The notes beneath the pieces were generated by a model, which was given only the letters and a program-made list of their open reading frames with translations, searched no databases and had not been told where the DNA came from. Both the position numbers and the translations under genes were made by a program. Of a stretch of 32,000 nucleotides of DNA, positions 26,678-32,000 are shown piece after piece (within the stretch, counting starts at the first letter, position 1; every line of letters starts with the position of its first letter). The DNA is from Candidatus Nanopusillus acidilobi (GTDB taxonomy: Archaea; Nanobdellota; Nanobdellia; Nanobdellales; Nanobdellaceae): positions 270,001 to 302,000 of the forward strand of contig CP010514.1 of assembly GCA_001552015.1 (NCBI GenBank), written 5' to 3'.

Positions 26678-27865
26678 ATGAAAATTTTATTATTTCATCC
26701 ATGGTTAAAATCAAAAGGTGGTGCAGAAAGAGTTGTTTATGAATACTATAAAAGATCTAAACATAAAATAAAGATATTAACTTGGAATTATATTAAAGAA
26801 AAAACTTATGATTTTAAAGAAGAAGATATAATTAGTTTATATGATAAAAAATATGAAAGAATATTTAGAGGATATTTAATTAGAGGTGGATTTTCATTAT
26901 TAAATTTATTAATAAAATATGAAATTGATAATTTTGATTTGTTATTAATATCTACAGGTGGTATTGCAGAATTAATATTAACAAATCAAAATTTTAATAT
27001 ATCAAAAGTTACATATAATCATACAATTTTGAGGGCTGCATATAAATATGATATCTATTGGAACATTAAATATAGATTTAGAAAATATTATTATTTACCT
27101 TATAAAGTAGCTCTGAATGTTTATAATTATTTAGAAAGAAAAGCTTGGAAGAAAATAGATTTTGCAATATTTAATTCAGAACTATCTAAAAAGAGAGCAT
27201 TAGATAAAAATTTAATAGATAAAGAAAAAACAGATGTTATATATCCTGGTGCAGATTTGTCAAATTTTTATAATGATAATCCGGAAGATTATTTCTTATA
27301 TGTAGCAAGAATTGGGTTATCAAAAAGACAAGATATATTAATTAAAGCATTTGCAAAGTTTATTAAAAAATATTCAGAATATAAATTATATTTAGTTGGA
27401 AATGTTGAAAATAAAAAATATTACTTAAAAATATTGAAACTAATTAAGCATTATAATTTACAAAATAATATAAAATTATATTCAAATTTATCCGATGAAA
27501 AATTAAGAGAATTATATGCAAAATCTTTGGCATGTATCTATATACCATATATGGAAGATTTTGGAATAGTTCCTTTAGAATCATTAGCTGCTGGAAAGTA
27601 TTTAATTAATGTTTATCCTTCTGGAAGTTATGAATTATTAAAGAATGCACACGGAATTTATTGGATAAAAGAAAGATTTTATGAAGAACCTATGATTAAT
27701 GAAATATATAACTCATTAGAATATTTTGTTAAAAATAAAGATGAATTAATAGAAAAAGGAAAAGAAAATATAGAATTTGTTAAAAAATATGATTTATCAT
27801 GGGAAAGATTTACAAAAGAATTGGATAATAAACTTAAAGATATTTTAGAAAATATAAATAATTGA
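26678..27865 (+). CDS. Glycosyltransferase family 4
   Basis: 395 aa, 'GGAERVVYEY', 'VIYPGADLSNF...YFLYVARIGLSKRQDILIKAFAKFIKKY', 'IYIPYMEDFGIVPLESLAAGKYLI'. Confidence 0.9.
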   Translation: MKILLFHPWLKSKGGAERVVYEYYKRSKHKIKILTWNYIKEKTYDFKEEDIISLYDKKYERIFRGYLIRGGFSLLNLLIKYEIDNFDLLLISTGGIAELILTNQNFNISKVTYNHTILRAAYKYDIYWNIKYRFRKYYYLPYKVALNVYNYLERKAWKKIDFAIFNSELSKKRALDKNLIDKEKTDVIYPGADLSNFYNDNPEDYFLYVARIGLSKRQDILIKAFAKFIKKYSEYKLYLVGNVENKKYYLKILKLIKHYNLQNNIKLYSNLSDEKLRELYAKSLACIYIPYMEDFGIVPLESLAAGKYLINVYPSGSYELLKNAHGIYWIKERFYEEPMINEIYNSLEYFVKNKDELIEKGKENIEFVKKYDLSWERFTKELDNKLKDILENINN

Positions 27866-27935
27866 TAATTGATTTCTATTAGTATAATGATACCTTTATA
27901 TATTTAAAAAATTTTTTTCAAAAAATTTTACAATA

Positions 27936-28895
27936 ATGAATGAAATAAGAAAGATATTAATTGCACCTAAAGTGATATATAATTCAAGGAAAATAATTAA
28001 AAATATATATTCAAGTTTATATCAATATTTAATTTTAAAAAAGCAAAATATTAAATTAAAATTAAGAAACGGAGAAACCATAATAGTACCTAGATCTTTT
28101 TATCCTAAAATAATATATTATTATTACTTGGGATATATTGCTGATATTAGCAAAGATGGAATATATTTTAAAGTAAATAATAAAACTTTTCAAGTACCTT
28201 TTAAAGAAATCGAACTTATGAGATTTTGGCGTATAATTAAATTAGGGTGGTTCTATAATAATAATTACTGGGAGAAAAATAACATAAAATTTAAGCATGC
28301 ATATAGTTCAATATATGATGTTTTTGAAAGCGAAGATTATAAATTTCTTAATGTTCAAAATAAATCGATATTAGATATAGGAGCCTTTGTAGGAGATTCA
28401 TCAATATATTTTATTCTAAAAGGTGCTAAAAAAGTATATGCAATTGAACCACATCCAGATGCCTATAAAGAAATGATAGAAAATATAAAATTAAATAATA
28501 TGGAAAATAAAATTATTCCAATAAATGTAGGAATAAGTTATGAAAAAGATTATATATTTATTCCTGTAACAACAGTAAGTACGCAAGATACATTATTAAA
28601 ATCAGAAGGTAATGGTATTAAAGTACCCGCAGGTAAATTAAGAGATATTATTGATAAATATAATATAGATGCACAAATATTAAAAATGGATTGTGAAGGA
28701 TGCGAATATAATATAATTTTGAAAGATTATGATACTATAAAAGAATTTGATGAAATTGGATTTGAATATCATGCTTATAATACTAAAATACCTGTTAGTA
28801 AATTAATAGAAAAATTAAATAAAGATTTTGAATGTAAGATTATAAAAGAGAAATCGAAAGATATAGGGTTAGTATATTGTATAAGAAAAAAATAA
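27936..28895 (+). CDS. FkbM-family methyltransferase
   Basis: 319 aa, 'SILDIGAFVGDSSIYFILKGAKKVYAIEPHPDAYKEMIENI', 'ILKMDCEGCEYNII'. Confidence 0.9.
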   Translation: MNEIRKILIAPKVIYNSRKIIKNIYSSLYQYLILKKQNIKLKLRNGETIIVPRSFYPKIIYYYYLGYIADISKDGIYFKVNNKTFQVPFKEIELMRFWRIIKLGWFYNNNYWEKNNIKFKHAYSSIYDVFESEDYKFLNVQNKSILDIGAFVGDSSIYFILKGAKKVYAIEPHPDAYKEMIENIKLNNMENKIIPINVGISYEKDYIFIPVTTVSTQDTLLKSEGNGIKVPAGKLRDIIDKYNIDAQILKMDCEGCEYNIILKDYDTIKEFDEIGFEYHAYNTKIPVSKLIEKLNKDFECKIIKEKSKDIGLVYCIRKK

Positions 28896-28925
28896 ATTTA
28901 AATCTTTATTTTATATTTCTTTTTT

Positions 28926-29822
28926 ATGAAAGCTTCAGTAATAGTAATGGATTATTTAAGAAAAAAATATATTCTAGATGCATTAAAAAGTATTAAAAAT
29001 CAGAAAGAAATTGATTTAAATGATATTGAAATAATTGTTGTAAAATATTATCAAGATGAAAAAATAGATAATTATATTAAAGAAAATTTTCCTAATTATA
29101 AGATAATAAATTTAGATCCAAATGGTCCAGATCGTTATATTGGTAGTGAACTTGCTATAGGAATAAAAGAGGCTTCTAGTAATTTAATATTCTTATTAGA
29201 TGATGACGATATGTTTACCGAAAATAAAATTAGTAGAATATTTGAGGTTGTAAAAAATATTAAGTATGATGAATATGTAATTTGGAATAAGGCTATAATA
29301 ACTCAAGATTTAAAAAGTAGGCCATTAAAAAAGTCAGAGCACAAACATATATATAACAGCAGTAGCATAGTTCTAAATATTAAAGATAAAGATAAATTAA
29401 TAGATTATATAAGAAAAATATATTATGCTGTAGATCGAGCTCTTTTATGCTATTTTAAAGAAAAAATTATAAAATTGAATGATTCATTAACTTACTATAG
29501 AAGATTCGGAGAAAACACAAGTATTAGATTTAGTAGACAGATGTTGGAAATGAATTTACAAGATTTTCAATATATTTATGAAAAAACAAAATGTAAAAAT
29601 ATAATAGATAGGATAGTAAATTTTAAAATTAAATTAAATACTATGTATAACGCTAATTATAAAATATCATTAAAAGAATATATAGGAGGTTTATTACTAT
29701 TTGATGAAGATTATATTAAGAGATTATCAGTGATTATTTTATATAAATTATTTAGAAATTATCTAAAAAAATATTATTTGAAAACATATACTTTTACAGA
29801 TCTAAATGTACAAAATGAATAG
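28926..29822 (+). CDS. Glycosyltransferase family 2
   Basis: 298 aa, 'ASVIVMDYLRKKYILDALKSIKNQ...', 'LIFLLDDDDMFTENKISRIFEV'. Confidence 0.88.
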   Translation: MKASVIVMDYLRKKYILDALKSIKNQKEIDLNDIEIIVVKYYQDEKIDNYIKENFPNYKIINLDPNGPDRYIGSELAIGIKEASSNLIFLLDDDDMFTENKISRIFEVVKNIKYDEYVIWNKAIITQDLKSRPLKKSEHKHIYNSSSIVLNIKDKDKLIDYIRKIYYAVDRALLCYFKEKIIKLNDSLTYYRRFGENTSIRFSRQMLEMNLQDFQYIYEKTKCKNIIDRIVNFKIKLNTMYNANYKISLKEYIGGLLLFDEDYIKRLSVIILYKLFRNYLKKYYLKTYTFTDLNVQNE

Positions 29823-30048
29823 AAATTATAAATTTTTATTATTATATTTTAATTTAATATAATTAAGAAAAAAGAGATAAAGGATAATCATTTATAATAT
29901 TAAAGTACTTATAGTAAATTATTTAGATAAATTAAGCAAAGTTTATATATAAAATTATTGAAGGGTGTTAAATAAGAATTGATAATAATATATTGTATAA
30001 TAAAAAATAATGTTATTAATATAAAAATTTCTCTTAAATAAAAAACAA

Positions 30049-31392
30049 TTATGTATTTAATTTTACTATTTCCTCAAATATTTTATTAACATCTATACTT
30101 TTGTCATAAGAATCTATCACAACTCTATATAATGGTTCTGTTTCTGAATATCTTACCAATATTCTTAAGTTATCCTTTAATAATTCTATACCATCTAAAT
30201 CTCCATTTAAATCATTTAATATAAATCCATTATTCTTTCCATATTCTTTTACTTTATCAATTAAATTTGGATTATTTCTTGGTATATCTTTCTCTAACCA
30301 TGTAAATTCTGGAATATTTAAATTATTTATATCTATACCCTTTTTCATATATTTTAATAACATCAATGCGCCGAATAATGCATCATCAATATAATCATTT
30401 TCAGCAAAATAAATATGACCAGTATATTCAATACATAAATATGCTCTATTTTGTTGACCTGCAAATTTAATAAATGTATGGCCAGGTCTTTTTATAATTA
30501 CTTTTCCTCCTTTTTCTTCAACCAATTTTCTTAAATAAATTGGTAATGAAATTTCTAATACATATGTTCTGTCTTTTTTAATAAAAGGTATTAAATATTT
30601 ATCCATTCTAATTCTATTTCCATATTTATCTACTACACCCAATCTATCCCCATCGCCATCAAACATAAATCCAATATCTAAATCCTTTCTATTTCTCATT
30701 AATTCTTGTAAAGATTTAATATTTTCATCTTTTGAAGGGTCGGGATTATGCCCTGGAAAAGTTCCATCCATATTATCATTAATTGCTATAACTTCATTTC
30801 CTAAATCTGTTAATACATCTTTCATTAAAGTCAATACAGAATTTGAAGGATCATAACCAACTTTAAATCCACTCACTCCCTTAAATTTCTCTTTTAGATG
30901 TTTTTTATAAATATCTCTTGCTTCTTCAATAACTTCTAGCATTCCTTCTTTTTGTGTTGGCCTTATATCTTCATATGTTAATTTTTCAATTTTATCGATT
31001 TCTTCTTTTGGTAGATCATTTCCATTACTATTAATTGGTTTTATCCCGTTATATTGCAAAGAATTATGAGATGCAGTTATCATTAATACTGGAATATTAT
31101 ACACTTTTGCCAAATAATGTGCTTCTGGTGTAGATCCAATTCCAAAATCTAATACATCATGTGTATAAACTAATGTTTCTACTAAAATATCTCTTATTCT
31201 TGGAGAAGATAATCTTATATCTCTTACAATTCCTATTGATTCATAGTTATTAAAATATCTTCCCAATGCATATCCAATTTTGTATAATAGTTCATCTGTT
31301 AGTTCTTGTCCATAAACGCCTCTGATATCATATAATTTAAATACTCCACTCATGATTAACTTTAAATCTTTGATATTTAAATATCTTATCAA
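30049..31392 (-). CDS. Phosphomannomutase/phosphoglucomutase
   Basis: 447 aa, 'PVLMITASHNSLQYNGIKP', 'DIGFMFDGDGDRLGVVD', 'VRYSETEPLYRVVI'. Confidence 0.92.
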   Translation of the reverse strand: MIRYLNIKDLKLIMSGVFKLYDIRGVYGQELTDELLYKIGYALGRYFNNYESIGIVRDIRLSSPRIRDILVETLVYTHDVLDFGIGSTPEAHYLAKVYNIPVLMITASHNSLQYNGIKPINSNGNDLPKEEIDKIEKLTYEDIRPTQKEGMLEVIEEARDIYKKHLKEKFKGVSGFKVGYDPSNSVLTLMKDVLTDLGNEVIAINDNMDGTFPGHNPDPSKDENIKSLQELMRNRKDLDIGFMFDGDGDRLGVVDKYGNRIRMDKYLIPFIKKDRTYVLEISLPIYLRKLVEEKGGKVIIKRPGHTFIKFAGQQNRAYLCIEYTGHIYFAENDYIDDALFGALMLLKYMKKGIDINNLNIPEFTWLEKDIPRNNPNLIDKVKEYGKNNGFILNDLNGDLDGIELLKDNLRILVRYSETEPLYRVVIDSYDKSIDVNKIFEEIVKLNT

Positions 31393-31487
31393 ACATATGA
31401 ATTTATGATAATATATTAAAGGTTAAATAAATATTTTTCATTTTTTGTAATTAAAGGTTTCAAAATCTTAATTTTTATATATCTTTT

Positions 31488-32000
31488 ATGAAGAAAACAA
31501 AAATTGTTGCTACAATAGGTCCAAGTAGTATAGATAAGATAAAAGAATTAGATAAATATGTAGATGTATATAGGATAAATTTTTCACATGGAGATAAGAA
31601 GAGTCATGAAGAATATTTTAAAATAATTAGAGAAAATAGCGAAAAGCCCATATTAGTAGATTTACCAGGACCAAAGCTAAGGATAGGAAATCTAAAAGAA
31701 AAAATATTATTAAAACCAAGAGATAAAATAATATTTTCTCAAGATGATGGTATTCCAGTAGAGGATCCATTATTTTATAAGGTAGTTAAAGAAAATACTG
31801 ACATATATTTAGATGATGGAAATATAAAAGTTCATATAGATAAAGTAAATAATAATAAGGTAGAAGGAACTGTTCTAACTGGAGGAATATTAACATCTAG
31901 AAAAGGAATAAATATTCCAGATCTAAATTTAGATACTGGAGTAACCCAAAGAGATTTAGAACTATTAAAAGAAGCTTTAGATTTGGGTGCAGATTTTATA
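31488..32000 (+). CDS. pyk: Pyruvate kinase, N-terminal part (truncated by window end)
   Basis: 'MKKTKIVATIGPSSIDKIKELDKYVDVYRINFSHGDKKSHEEY...ILVDLPGPKLRIG' open to 32000. Confidence 0.93.
   Translation, partial: MKKTKIVATIGPSSIDKIKELDKYVDVYRINFSHGDKKSHEEYFKIIRENSEKPILVDLPGPKLRIGNLKEKILLKPRDKIIFSQDDGIPVEDPLFYKVVKENTDIYLDDGNIKVHIDKVNNNKVEGTVLTGGILTSRKGINIPDLNLDTGVTQRDLELLKEALDLGADFI

Noticed and set aside
29823-30048. Possible ncRNA in the spacer after the GT2 gene
   Set aside because: Only AT-rich sequence without box C/D, stable stem or GC-rich island.
1-32000. CRISPR array, integrase/att sites or a provirus
   Set aside because: No regularly spaced direct repeats and no integrase, capsid or terminase-like ORF were seen anywhere in the window.

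Overview
The window is a very AT-rich, gene-dense archaeal chromosome segment. Small genome style, leaderless promoters and surface-protein content suggest a DPANN-like or ARMAN-like archaeon; this is inference. The housekeeping core includes archease, SecF, a probable RNase P Rpp30, Bud32 kinase, PheS/PheT, a probable S26e, SerRS, tRNA-Cys(GCA), cofactor-dependent phosphoglycerate mutase, an e-MtaB/CDKAL1-type methylthiotransferase, a fused gamma-alpha 2-oxoacid:ferredoxin oxidoreductase subunit, an endonuclease V-like pyrimidine-dimer glycosylase, phosphomannomutase/phosphoglucomutase and the start of pyruvate kinase. Accessory parts are (i) a LamG/DUF2341-like surface-protein pair (1.5-5.2 kb), (ii) a surface-protein, small-membrane-protein and HTH-coiled-coil block (18.0-22.7 kb), (iii) a decayed AAA/DUF4143 ATPase remnant with nested palindromes beside an orphan HEIGH metalloprotease-like gene (23.2-24.6 kb), and (iv) a glycan-assembly island (24.7-31.4 kb). 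The least obvious signals are a box C/D guide sRNA at 9-56 with complete C-D'-C'-D architecture, and three genes whose reading frame is restored by removing one base from a short homopolymer (4720-4722, 7373-7377, 18040-18045). The second signal is either assembly error or something biological such as slippage. I found no convincing new multi-gene defence system and no CRISPR array.
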